Source of the DNA: Candidatus Parcubacteria bacterium
Lineage (GTDB): Bacteria; Patescibacteriota; Microgenomatia; Levybacterales; GWA1-39-11
Direction: 5' to 3'
NCBI GenBank assembly: GCA_003599595.1
Contig: QZIP01000015.1
Location: 4,379 to 68,378, forward strand
Length of the DNA stretch: 64,000 nt
Positions 17,782 to 26,231 of the stretch are shown here, one piece after another (positions within the stretch are counted from its first letter, which is position 1; the number at the start of each line of letters is the position of its first letter). The notes below the pieces were generated by a model. It was not told where the DNA came from. It saw nothing but the letters and a program-made list of their open reading frames with translations, and made no database searches. A program made the translations under genes and the position numbers.

Positions 17782-18861
17782 ATGTGTGTTGATATATTTT
17801 CTGATATTTTGTTGAACCTTAACTCAGGTGTTTATTGTTTTAGAAATTTTACCACTGGTAAAAGATATATTGGCTCAGCTTCTGTGTCTTTTAGAAATAG
17901 ATTTTTAGGCTACAAAAGATCCTTGAGAAAAGGAGTTTGTCATAACAAATTACTGCAGAGAGCTTGGAATAAATATGGCGAATTGGATTTTGAGATAATA
18001 GTAGTAGAAATATGTTCTCCAGAAAATTGTATAGAAAGAGAAACTTATTGGATTTCTTTTTTCAATTCTGCCAATAAGAAGTTAGGGTACAATATTTGCC
18101 CAACAGGGAGAAATCACCTAGGAACTAAATTGACTTCTTCACATAAGAGAAAAATAGGAAAATCTAACTCTGTTGCGTTGTTAGGTAAAAAGGATTCTTT
18201 AGAAACTAAAAAGAGAAAATCTGAGGCTTCTAAAGGAAAACCCAAAACTGTTTCACATAAATTAAATATATCCAAAAGTTTGACAGGAGTTAATCGGGAC
18301 GATAAGCTATCATTACTAGCAAGAATGACTTTACGACTAATTGCTAATAATCCTGAAATAACAAAACCTAAATTATTTGCTGATAATTTTTATTGGAGGT
18401 ACCCTGGGTTGTGGAAATCATTTAATTCTTGTAAATATGCTTTTAGGAAGTATTTTTCTAGGAAGGAGTTGTTTAGGTCGGGAAATTATAGATTACATTC
18501 AGGTGAAATGTCAACATATAAAATTGATTGTAGTGTGTTGGCAGATTCTGATTGGAACACTTTAGCAAGTTTAGCCACAAATGTGTTACCTAAGTTTGGT
18601 AAAGTTGTTAGCGTCCCAACAGGTGGTGATATTTTTGCTTCTTGTTTGGAACAGTATGCTACTAAACGTGATACTGATCCAATACTAGTTGTTGATGATG
18701 TCTTGACAACAGGCAGATCCATGGAAGAAGTTAGAAATAGTATTGTTGGGAGTAATACGGAAGGCCCAAATAAAGTTATAGGTGTTGTTGCATTTTCTAG
18801 AGGAAATTGTCCTGGGTGGATTACACCACTATTTCAATTCAATTATAGAGACCATCAGTGA
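17782..18861 (+). CDS. GIY-YIG homing endonuclease (NUMOD3 repeats) fused in frame to a type I phosphoribosyltransferase domain
   Basis: GVYCFRN...YIGSA...RFxxY...N motifs of GIY-YIG, and NUMOD3-like SHKRKIGKSNS. The C-terminus carries the PRPP-binding loop ILVVDDVLTTGRSM. Confidence 0.7.
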   Translation: MCVDIFSDILLNLNSGVYCFRNFTTGKRYIGSASVSFRNRFLGYKRSLRKGVCHNKLLQRAWNKYGELDFEIIVVEICSPENCIERETYWISFFNSANKKLGYNICPTGRNHLGTKLTSSHKRKIGKSNSVALLGKKDSLETKKRKSEASKGKPKTVSHKLNISKSLTGVNRDDKLSLLARMTLRLIANNPEITKPKLFADNFYWRYPGLWKSFNSCKYAFRKYFSRKELFRSGNYRLHSGEMSTYKIDCSVLADSDWNTLASLATNVLPKFGKVVSVPTGGDIFASCLEQYATKRDTDPILVVDDVLTTGRSMEEVRNSIVGSNTEGPNKVIGVVAFSRGNCPGWITPLFQFNYRDHQ

Positions 18862-19265
18862 ATATAGTGGTTTTAAGCATAGATAACGCGATGGATTTCA
18901 AATGTTCAGAGCCTTGGGCAGTAATAAGCGTTGTATCTGATGGAAGTCATCCTAAGTTATCTGCTGATAATAGGGTGGGTTTGTTGAGATTAGCATTTTG
19001 GGATGTAGATGATGTGATTCCATATCGTCCTAGAATGACTGAAGATCAGAGTATAGAGGTTTGGAAATTTATAGATGAAGTGTGGGATAAAATATCAACA
19101 TTGGTTGTTCATTGTGAAGGTGGAATTTCTAGGTCTTCAGCAATAGCAGCAGCGATATCTAAAATTAAACTAGGCCATGAAGGTGGATTTTTTAGAACTC
19201 ACATACCTAATAGGTATGTATATTCAACATTGTTAAGAGTTAATGAAAATAGGAAGAAACAATAA
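18858..19265 (+). CDS. Cys-based (CX5R) protein tyrosine / dual-specificity phosphatase-like
   Basis: VVHCEGGISRSSA matches the HCxxGxxR(S/T) signature. Confidence 0.65.
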   Translation: MNIVVLSIDNAMDFKCSEPWAVISVVSDGSHPKLSADNRVGLLRLAFWDVDDVIPYRPRMTEDQSIEVWKFIDEVWDKISTLVVHCEGGISRSSAIAAAISKIKLGHEGGFFRTHIPNRYVYSTLLRVNENRKKQ

Positions 19266-19277
19266 GGAGAATTAGTT

Positions 19278-19649
19278 ATGAGTGAAGAGTATGAAGATCT
19301 TGGCGAGCTTGTGCAGCAAGCTTTTGATAAGTATTTATTGGAACGTCTTCCGGGATTGATGGAAAAACACATGCCGCTTGTGGACAATCTAATTGCTCAA
19401 CGTATTAATGGTGGCTATACGCCAGAACTCAACAAAGAATATTTTAATCGTATTCAAAGTATTGTTGAAACTACAGTTGGTAATTATTTGCGAGTTGGTG
19501 GGGGAAGGGATATAGTTGATTCGACAGTTTTGAAATATCTTGATAAGAAACTTGAAGAGCATATAGAGAGTCAGGTTAAATGGCGTGTTAGTAGATTCAT
19601 GGAAAGAATTCAAAAGAAGTTTGAGGAAGAAACCAAAGGAGTATCTTAA
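19278..19649 (+). CDS. hypothetical protein
   Basis: AAGGAG RBS upstream. No recognisable motif. Confidence 0.55.
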   Translation: MSEEYEDLGELVQQAFDKYLLERLPGLMEKHMPLVDNLIAQRINGGYTPELNKEYFNRIQSIVETTVGNYLRVGGGRDIVDSTVLKYLDKKLEEHIESQVKWRVSRFMERIQKKFEEETKGVS

Positions 19650-19651
19650 TT

Positions 19652-21010
19652 ATGGATAATTTATTGCTGATGACCGACTCTTACAAAGTGTCTCATTGGA
19701 AACAGTATCCGCCAGGGACGGAAACAGTTTACTCTAATTTTGAGTCTCGTGGTGGTAAATGGAATGATATTGTATTTTTTGGATTGCAATATCTGTTAGA
19801 GAAGTATTTAGAATCATGGAGAGTGACCCAACCTAATATTCTAGAAGCTGCTGATCTTCTTAAGAACCATATTGGACATTTTAATTCAGAGGGTTGGTAT
19901 CATATACTCGACAAACATAATGGTCATCTTCCAGTAAGTATTAAAGCTGTACCAGAAGGAACTGTAGTTCCTGTTCATAATGTATTGATGACCATTGAAA
20001 ACACTGATCCTAAATGTTACTGGTTAACCAATTATTTAGAAACACTTCTTGTACAGACTTGGTATCCATGCACTGTAGCAACTCAGTCTAGAGAAATGAA
20101 GAAGATCCTTTTAGATTATTTAAACATAACAGGCACTCCAGCTGATATTGACTTCAAGTTGCATGATTTTGGATTTAGGGGAGTTTCTTCTGTAGAGTCT
20201 GCTGGAATTGGTGGAGCAGCGCATTTAGTTAATTTCAAAGGAACTGATACATTAGCTGGTATTGTGTTAGCTGAAAAGTACTATGCTGCTAATATGCCTG
20301 GATTTAGTATTCCAGCAGCTGAGCATTCTACTATTACTTCTTGGGGCAGAGATAAAGAAGTTGATGCATTTAGAAATATGCTGGATCAATACCCTAAAGG
20401 TTTAGTTGCGGTTGTAAGCGACTCTTATAACATCTATAACGCTTGTAGGAACTTGTGGGGAATAGAATTAAAGGACAAGGTCATTTCCCGAGATGGAACT
20501 GTGGTAGTACGTCCTGACAGTGGAGATCCAATTACTACAGTTATCCACGTTTTGGATGCGTTAGGGGAGAATTTTGGAACTGTTAAGAACAAAAAGGGAT
20601 ATAAAGTGTTACCATCACAGTTGAGAATTATTCAAGGTGATGGTATAGATATTGTGATGATGCAAAGAATCCTTGATAATATGTATATGCGTGGTTATTC
20701 TGCTGATAATATTGCGTTTGGATCTGGTGGTGGATTACTTCAGAAGTTGGATAGGGATACTTGTAAGTTTGCATTTAAATGTTCTTCAGTAACTGTAAAT
20801 GGTGAAGAAAGAGATGTTTGGAAGGATCCTATTACTGATTCTGGAAAGAAATCTAAGCGTGGCAAATTGAAATTAATCAAAACAGAAGATGGTTTTAAGA
20901 CTGTTAGGAACACTGAACAAGGCGATGATAACTTAGTTGAAGTATTTAGAGATGGTAAGATTTTAGTTCGACATACATTTGATGAAATTCGTGAAAGAGC
21001 TAAGATTTAA
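19652..21010 (+). CDS. nadV: nicotinamide phosphoribosyltransferase (NAMPT/NadV)
   Basis: The N-terminus LLMTDSYKVSHWKQYP and the length and overall pattern are typical of NadV. Confidence 0.85.
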   Translation: MDNLLLMTDSYKVSHWKQYPPGTETVYSNFESRGGKWNDIVFFGLQYLLEKYLESWRVTQPNILEAADLLKNHIGHFNSEGWYHILDKHNGHLPVSIKAVPEGTVVPVHNVLMTIENTDPKCYWLTNYLETLLVQTWYPCTVATQSREMKKILLDYLNITGTPADIDFKLHDFGFRGVSSVESAGIGGAAHLVNFKGTDTLAGIVLAEKYYAANMPGFSIPAAEHSTITSWGRDKEVDAFRNMLDQYPKGLVAVVSDSYNIYNACRNLWGIELKDKVISRDGTVVVRPDSGDPITTVIHVLDALGENFGTVKNKKGYKVLPSQLRIIQGDGIDIVMMQRILDNMYMRGYSADNIAFGSGGGLLQKLDRDTCKFAFKCSSVTVNGEERDVWKDPITDSGKKSKRGKLKLIKTEDGFKTVRNTEQGDDNLVEVFRDGKILVRHTFDEIRERAKI

Positions 21011-21012
21011 CC

Positions 21013-21327
21013 ATGTACACATTATTTGTTAGTTTGGTATTGTTTTGTCATATGTTGTGCGCTCCTCCAATCTTGTGGGATGTTTACATTATTGTGGAGC
21101 GGAAACCAGATGAATGGAAACAAGATAAAGATGGCAAAATTGAGTGGCACCGAAACGGCATTATTCATTTATCAAGGAGTATTACAGATGAAGAACGAGA
21201 CCATTTGTGGAGAAGTTTATATGAATCAATACCACGTTTGACTAATAGTATCCGTGGTTCTAACTTTGTCAGAGAGTCAGATGTGAAGATTGTTTGGGGC
21301 ATTGTTGATATCACTGATGAAGAGTAA
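21013..21327 (+). CDS. hypothetical protein (N-terminal hydrophobic segment)
   Basis: ORF in the gene train. Confidence 0.5.
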   Translation: MYTLFVSLVLFCHMLCAPPILWDVYIIVERKPDEWKQDKDGKIEWHRNGIIHLSRSITDEERDHLWRSLYESIPRLTNSIRGSNFVRESDVKIVWGIVDITDEE

Positions 21328-21362
21328 AGTATGAAAGTTACAAACCATAATAGGAGAAATTT

Positions 21363-21779
21363 ATGAGTAATTTGAACAAGGTAATTTTGATCGGTCGTCC
21401 TACCAGAGACCCTGAGGTTCGTACATTTACGGATGGCGGAAAGTTAGTTACTTTCCGTTTTGCTGTAAACAATCGTAGAAAGAATAAAGATACTGGTGAA
21501 TATGAAGACAACGCTGTTTTCATTGATTGTAAGGCAAATAACAGAGGTACTCGTAAGTTAGCAGATACTGTAGAAAAGTATGTGTTTAAAGGTAAGTTGT
21601 TGTGTTTGGAAGGTCATTTGGTGCTTGATGAGTGGACTGGTAAGGAAGATGGTAAGAATCACCAAGCATTAAGAGTAGCTATTGATGATCTTCATTTTAT
21701 TGACTCAAAGAAGGACACTCCAGTAAGTGAGCCTCCATTTGTTGAATGTGAGGAAGATTTTGGAGTAGATCCATTTTAA
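21363..21779 (+). CDS. ssb: single-stranded DNA-binding protein
   Basis: NKVILIGRPTRDPEVR...FRFAVN OB-fold N-terminus and an acidic C-terminal tip ending DFGVDPF. Confidence 0.85.
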   Translation: MSNLNKVILIGRPTRDPEVRTFTDGGKLVTFRFAVNNRRKNKDTGEYEDNAVFIDCKANNRGTRKLADTVEKYVFKGKLLCLEGHLVLDEWTGKEDGKNHQALRVAIDDLHFIDSKKDTPVSEPPFVECEEDFGVDPF

Positions 21780-21789
21780 AGAGGCTGTA

Positions 21790-22089
21790 ATGACTAAGGA
21801 AGAAGCTAGAATTATTTTGTTGGAAGATGCTTTACGTCAAGCACAACACACAGTTGAGTTTTTACATAATTGTTTACTTTATCCTTCTGACCATCATATG
21901 AATGGCGGATATAATTATGCATATCCAGAACAAACCTTAAAACATTTGGAAGACTGGAATAAGTTAGCTCCAAAAGAGATTTTTTGTAACCATTCTAGGT
22001 ATGAGGAAAGTTGTAAATCTTGTGTTGATAGGGTTAATGAATATAAAAGACTGATCGAAGCCAAGGAGATCATAGATGATTGCTATTAA
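21790..22089 (+). CDS. hypothetical protein
   Basis: ORF in the gene train. Confidence 0.5.
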   Translation: MTKEEARIILLEDALRQAQHTVEFLHNCLLYPSDHHMNGGYNYAYPEQTLKHLEDWNKLAPKEIFCNHSRYEESCKSCVDRVNEYKRLIEAKEIIDDCY

Positions 22090-22170
22090 AGGTGATTGTT
22101 CAGTGTGTAAAAGTTGGGAAGGCAAATGTATACCTGATGATTTAAAAGTGTATTTAGGGTTATAGAATAA

Positions 22171-22410
22171 TTGGATACTTTTTCCAAATCAATTAATAAC
22201 AAGAACAAAATAGCACATTGGTGGGGATCGGACCCATCAATGGATTTAATTTTTCATAGAAATGGGATTCTTCAGGTTTGGAAAGGCGATGATCCAGATA
22301 AGTATTTGGAAAAACAATACATAGATGCAACAATGGATAATGCTATAGAATTAGCTGATACGTTAAGTTTAGTTAGAGTTATCTATATAGATGAAAATAC
22401 TGGCTATTAG
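22171..22410 (+). CDS. hypothetical protein (non-ATG start uncertain)
   Basis: ORF only. The start is a TTG with no clear RBS. Confidence 0.35.
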   Translation: MDTFSKSINNKNKIAHWWGSDPSMDLIFHRNGILQVWKGDDPDKYLEKQYIDATMDNAIELADTLSLVRVIYIDENTGY

Positions 22411-23065
22411 TGACCTTCATGGTAACTTACCTAAACTACCAGCTTGTGATTTATTGCTTATAGCGGGGGATATTTGTCCTGGTCCATACCATCCAGAAAT
22501 TGTTGCAGCTGTTAAACATGCTGATTGGCTCCATAATGATTTTAGAAGATGGTTGAATAATTGTGAATGCAAACAAGCTGTGGGAATTGGTGGAAATCAT
22601 GATGTGTTATTTGAAGGAAAGATGTTGATCAAAAGTCTTCAGCTTCCTTGGGTGTATTTACAGGATGAGGGTTATGAGTTTGAAGGATTAAATGTTTGGG
22701 GATGTCCGTGGTCGGTACCTCCTGTTGTAAATGGCGGTAAATGGACATTTGAGTGGACATTTGCATGCGATAATGAAGATGATGCTAGAATCAAGTTTAA
22801 TTCAATCCCTCACGACACAGATATTTTAATTACTCATTGTCCTCCTTATTCTGTTTGTGATTTGACAAGAAATGGAAAAAGACATGTTGGTTCGATGTCT
22901 TTACTTTCTACTGTGGAAAGGTTAAATTTGAAGTTGCATGTGTTTGGACATATTCATGAAGGTTTTGGTCAAATGAAGATTAAAAACACTACTTTTGCTA
23001 ATGTTTCTTATCTTACTGAAGAATACAAACCAAGAAATCGAGGATGGTTAGAAATTGAATTATGA
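22391..23065 (+). CDS. calcineurin-like metallophosphoesterase
   Basis: Motifs SDLHGN, GDICPG, GGNHD and GHIHEG. Confidence 0.8.
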   Translation: MKILAISDLHGNLPKLPACDLLLIAGDICPGPYHPEIVAAVKHADWLHNDFRRWLNNCECKQAVGIGGNHDVLFEGKMLIKSLQLPWVYLQDEGYEFEGLNVWGCPWSVPPVVNGGKWTFEWTFACDNEDDARIKFNSIPHDTDILITHCPPYSVCDLTRNGKRHVGSMSLLSTVERLNLKLHVFGHIHEGFGQMKIKNTTFANVSYLTEEYKPRNRGWLEIEL

Positions 23066-23319
23066 GTATAAATTGGGAAACATTTTATTCTGGTTCTCCT
23101 ATTGAAGTTGCAGATACTATTGTTGATATTCGGAAAGACTTCACTAGGGCTGAGATGAGTCTTTGTTACGACATATTAACTCAAATGATTGACAAATTTC
23201 CACAGTTTCGTGGGACTAAAGTTGAAGGTTATGTATTAGCATCAAAATTATTGATGATGTATGCTAAGGTAGGATTGCTCAAGACTGGACATTGTATTCA
23301 AGTTGATCCAAATCCTTAA
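23062..23319 (+). CDS. hypothetical protein
   Basis: ATGA-coupled ORF. Confidence 0.5.
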   Translation: MSINWETFYSGSPIEVADTIVDIRKDFTRAEMSLCYDILTQMIDKFPQFRGTKVEGYVLASKLLMMYAKVGLLKTGHCIQVDPNP

Positions 23320-23330
23320 ATAGTTTTCAT

Positions 23331-23357
23331 AAAACTATTTATTGAATAGAACGTCTA
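23331..23357 (+). promoter_or_regulatory. conserved bipartite promoter-like motif, copy 2 (AAAAC-N14-AACGTCTA)
   Basis: ttcatAAAACtatttattgaatagAACGTCTAaggtttAGGAGG is nearly identical to copy 3. Confidence 0.5.
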
Positions 23358-23374
23358 AGGTTTAGGAGGGGATT

Positions 23375-24349
23375 ATGGAACTTGAAGAACTTGAGCAAAT
23401 GATGAAAGACGCTCGCTCTCCCAAGGAGTTTTTTGGAAGGGACGCAGCTAAGAATTTGAAGAAGTTTTTAGGTATTTGTCATCCAGATAGAAATCCAGGT
23501 GATGCAAAAGCTGTTGAGTTATTTAAGAAAATCAATGATTGGTATGAGGAGTTGGAAACTCCTTCTGTTGTAATTAAGTCTCCTAAACGTGGCTATACTG
23601 TATTAAAGCATTTGACATCTGGTGATGTTTCTGACATATATTTAGCGGAAGCTGCTAATAAAGACTATCTTCTAAAGATATCTAGAATAGATGATGGAGA
23701 GAAGTATTTAGAGATAGAAAAAAACACGGTAGCTGATTTGTTGACTAAAGCTGGAGATTCTACTTATTCTAAGTATTTACCAACTTTTGTTGAATCGTTT
23801 CCGGCTAAAGACACTATTGCGAAGAGAGTAAATGTATTTACGTATGATCCTGGTTTCTATTCGTTAGAACAAGTTAAAAATCAATATAAGGATGGTGTGG
23901 ATGGAAGAGATTTGGCATGGATGTTTAATAGAATATTGACTGGTTTAGGTTTTATTCATAAATCTGGTTATGTGCACGGTGCGGTATTACCTTCACATAT
24001 TTTGATTCATCCAGAGAGCCATGGTGGTAGATTTTGTGGGTTTGTTCATAGTGTGAAGATTGGTGAAAAAGTTGATACTATCTCTGTAGATTACAAGAGT
24101 TGGTATCCAAAAGAAGTTAATGATAAGGAAAAGGTAGGTCCAGCTTCAGATATCTATATGGCTGCTAAATGTGCTGAGCGCATTATGAGAGAAGACACTC
24201 CTAGAAAGATCAAGAATTTTGTATATTCATGTATGTTGGAGAGTCCAAGTATGAGACCTAATGATGCTTGGCTCTTATATGAAGAATTCAAAGATTTGTT
24301 ATCTGATGTTTATGGTAAGAGAAAGTTTCACATTTTTACAATGAATTAA
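23375..24349 (+). CDS. J-domain protein fused to a protein-kinase-like (probably catalytically degenerate) domain
   Basis: HPDRNPGD (HPD) J-domain. The kinase-like fold shows LLKISR and a VHGAVLPSHIL loop in place of HRDxKxxN, and no DFG motif is seen. Confidence 0.6.
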   Translation: MELEELEQMMKDARSPKEFFGRDAAKNLKKFLGICHPDRNPGDAKAVELFKKINDWYEELETPSVVIKSPKRGYTVLKHLTSGDVSDIYLAEAANKDYLLKISRIDDGEKYLEIEKNTVADLLTKAGDSTYSKYLPTFVESFPAKDTIAKRVNVFTYDPGFYSLEQVKNQYKDGVDGRDLAWMFNRILTGLGFIHKSGYVHGAVLPSHILIHPESHGGRFCGFVHSVKIGEKVDTISVDYKSWYPKEVNDKEKVGPASDIYMAAKCAERIMREDTPRKIKNFVYSCMLESPSMRPNDAWLLYEEFKDLLSDVYGKRKFHIFTMN

Positions 24350-24388
24350 TTGTGTTTGTTGTAAGTAACCTTATGAAAGGGGTTTCCA

Positions 24389-25378
24389 ATGGGTACAACT
24401 AGATGGTCGGATGCTCATTATACGGATCGTATTTCGGTAAGAGCAGCAACTAATACTCCTACGTTTGCCTATGATAGTGCTGTTAAAACAGCAGCTCTGT
24501 CTGGTAAGGTTGAGGATGTTCATAAGAGTCTTAACATCAAAGATGTTAAGATGCGTGAGAGTCGGGATTCTAAGGATCACCCAACTTCAACTGCAGTAGC
24601 TGTATTGTTTGATGTAACTGGTTCTATGTCCACTGTTCCAGCTATTCTTCAGAAGAATCTTCCTAAGTTGATGGGACTGTTGATTCGTAAGGGATATGTG
24701 GAACATCCACAAATTATGATTGGCGCCATTGGAGATGCTACTTGCGATAGATATCCAATTCAGATTGGTCAGTTTGAGTCCGGTATAGAGATGGAAGACA
24801 ATCTTACTAATATTATCCTTGAAGGCGGTGGTGGTGGACAGAAGACAGAATCTTATGAACTAGCTATGTATTTTATGGCTAAACATACCAGCTTGGATTG
24901 TTTCGAGAAGAGAAACAAGAAGGGCTATTTGTTTATTGTAGGCGATGAGATGGCCTACAATAAGATTGATCGTAAGTTGGTGAAGCAGTATATTGGTGAT
25001 GATTTGGAAGCTAATCTTTCCACTAAGAATTTGGTGGAAGAATTGAAGAAGATGTATGAAGTTTATTACATTCTTCCAAAGCAGACTGCTCACTATAATG
25101 ACACGGATGTTGAGAGCTTTTGGAAGGGTTTATTGGGTCAGAATTTCCTGAAGTTGGATGATCCGGCTGGTATTAGTGAATTGATTGCTACTACAGTTGG
25201 ATTGGTTGAAGGGAATACTGATATTGAAAGCGTCAAGGAAGATTTGAAGGAAGTTGGAACTAACACTATTACTGCTGATGCAGTGTCTAGAGCGTTGGTA
25301 GAGCTTCCTAACACTGGTAAGAAGTTACCTGCTAAGGTTAAGTCCTCTAGTAAGAAATCTGGTGTTGCAAAAGTTTGA
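24389..25378 (+). CDS. von Willebrand factor A (vWA) domain protein
   Basis: VLFDVTGSMS is a MIDAS DxSxS motif. Downstream FIVGDEM. Confidence 0.7.
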   Translation: MGTTRWSDAHYTDRISVRAATNTPTFAYDSAVKTAALSGKVEDVHKSLNIKDVKMRESRDSKDHPTSTAVAVLFDVTGSMSTVPAILQKNLPKLMGLLIRKGYVEHPQIMIGAIGDATCDRYPIQIGQFESGIEMEDNLTNIILEGGGGGQKTESYELAMYFMAKHTSLDCFEKRNKKGYLFIVGDEMAYNKIDRKLVKQYIGDDLEANLSTKNLVEELKKMYEVYYILPKQTAHYNDTDVESFWKGLLGQNFLKLDDPAGISELIATTVGLVEGNTDIESVKEDLKEVGTNTITADAVSRALVELPNTGKKLPAKVKSSSKKSGVAKV

Positions 25379-25384
25379 TCCACT

Positions 25385-25700
25385 AATGGACCGGGTGGTG
25401 ATCGGCTAAGTCATACGGTGTATCTGTTAGCTACATTTTATATGTACAAATAAAATGGCAACACCGATTTGTAATGTTGAATATTAACATCCAAGTTGGG
25501 TAACCAACAACAATCCAGTGAAAGACTGGGTGGTAACAAGCTGGGGTAATGGCGGAAGAGCGCCACTGGCAACCTGGGGAAAGAGATTCTTTCAGAACCA
25601 TACTGAAAACCCAACCATCCGTAACGATATAATGTATGGGATTGCGTTACTATAGCGACTCTATTGCGGTGATGGAAAAGAATCCTTTGGATGTTAATTT
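25385..25700 (+). ncRNA. unassigned structured-RNA candidate (ORF-free, locally GC-enriched)
   Basis: Many local hairpins with GNRA-like or purine-rich loops: GTTGG-gtaa-CCAAC, CCAGT-gaaag-ACTGG, GGCG-gaagag-CGCC, GAAAG-agatt-CTTTC. There is no + strand ORF. It sits directly 5' of tRNA-Asn. Confidence 0.3.
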
Positions 25701-25773
25701 GGACCACTGGCATGTCTGGGATTGCATCCGCCTGTTAAGCGGAATTAGCTGGGTCCGATTCCCAGGTGGTCCT
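25701..25773 (+). tRNA. tRNA-Asn (anticodon GUU)
   Basis: Acceptor GGACCAC/GTGGTCC. Anticodon arm TCCGC-CTGTTAA-GCGGA. T arm CTGGG-TCCGATT-CCCAG, with an unusual TCC T-loop start. Confidence 0.75.
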
Positions 25774-25786
25774 TTTATATGATTCT

Positions 25787-25900
25787 AATAACAACCGATG
25801 AATCTGGCCAGATGGAGCAAGTTAATTCTAGAATAACAAGGCTCTTGTATTTGGTGGTTACTCAGGTTCAAATCCTGAGCAAATACCGTCGGTTGTTATT
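25787..25900 (+). ncRNA. structured RNA: 12-bp terminal helix enclosing hairpins and an acceptor/T-arm minihelix
   Basis: AATAACAACCGA...TCGGTTGTTATT is perfectly complementary. An internal GTATTTG-gtggtta-CTCAGG-TTCAAAT-CCTGAG-CAAATAC forms a tRNA-minihelix-like unit. Confidence 0.4.
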
Positions 25901-25907
25901 GGGTACA

Positions 25908-26129
25908 ATGTCGGAGGATGTGATGCGAAGATTCAGCCAAGGTTGGCGTAAGTTTTATTGTGAAGATTGTAAATTTGTGTTTGAAGAAGCGACGAGGGAT
26001 TATCAAACTCCCTCGTTGTCTCTTTGTCCTAAGTGTTCAGAAGAAGTGTTTCCAATTAGTGGACGAGAAGATTTAACTCTTCCTATTGATAGATTTGGAA
26101 ACTTGAAAGGAACTTTTCCCAATGAATAG
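25908..26129 (+). CDS. small zinc-ribbon protein (CxxC...CxxC)
   Basis: The internal ATG at 25908 avoids overlap with the RNA element. CEDC...CPKC pairs. Confidence 0.5.
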   Translation: MSEDVMRRFSQGWRKFYCEDCKFVFEEATRDYQTPSLSLCPKCSEEVFPISGREDLTLPIDRFGNLKGTFPNE

Positions 26130-26231
26130 AAGAACTTTTGGATTGGCTGGTCTTGTTGGATTAATGTTGTTAATTCATTAGAAACTGCTGAGCAGGGCAA
26201 TCAAAAGAAGATTCAAAATGAATCATTTTCT

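Noticed and set aside
25388-25707. The GGACC(G/A) direct repeat at 25388 and 25701, considered as an attachment-site duplication of the tRNA-Asn 5' end.
   Set aside because: Only 5-6 nt are shared. Integrative elements normally duplicate the 3' part of a tRNA. No integrase gene is nearby.
25438-25713. A 91-aa minus-strand ORF covering the ORF-free region upstream of tRNA-Asn.
   Set aside because: It overlaps the 5' part of tRNA-Asn and a region dense in hairpins. It has no RBS and no recognisable motif. The region is better explained as structured RNA.
25388-25773. A tmRNA hypothesis. GGACCGG at 25388 could pair 6 of 7 positions with the 3' acceptor strand of tRNA-Asn, giving an RNA of about 385 nt with a T arm at its 3' end.
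   Set aside because: A complete, independent tRNA-Asn cloverleaf (25701-25773) already uses that 3' strand with a perfect acceptor stem. I found no tmRNA-like 5' D-analog sequence. I also found no convincing tag reading frame ending in a hydrophobic tail followed by a stop. ARAGORN should still be run.
25779-25907. N-terminal extensions proposed by the track, here and for ORFs 49007, 51748, 43446, 29319, 29636, 16772 and 47675.
   Set aside because: The extended starts run through tRNA or structured-RNA genes, or through the upstream CDS, and lack an RBS. Internal ATGs with RBS or stop-start coupling give cleaner models.
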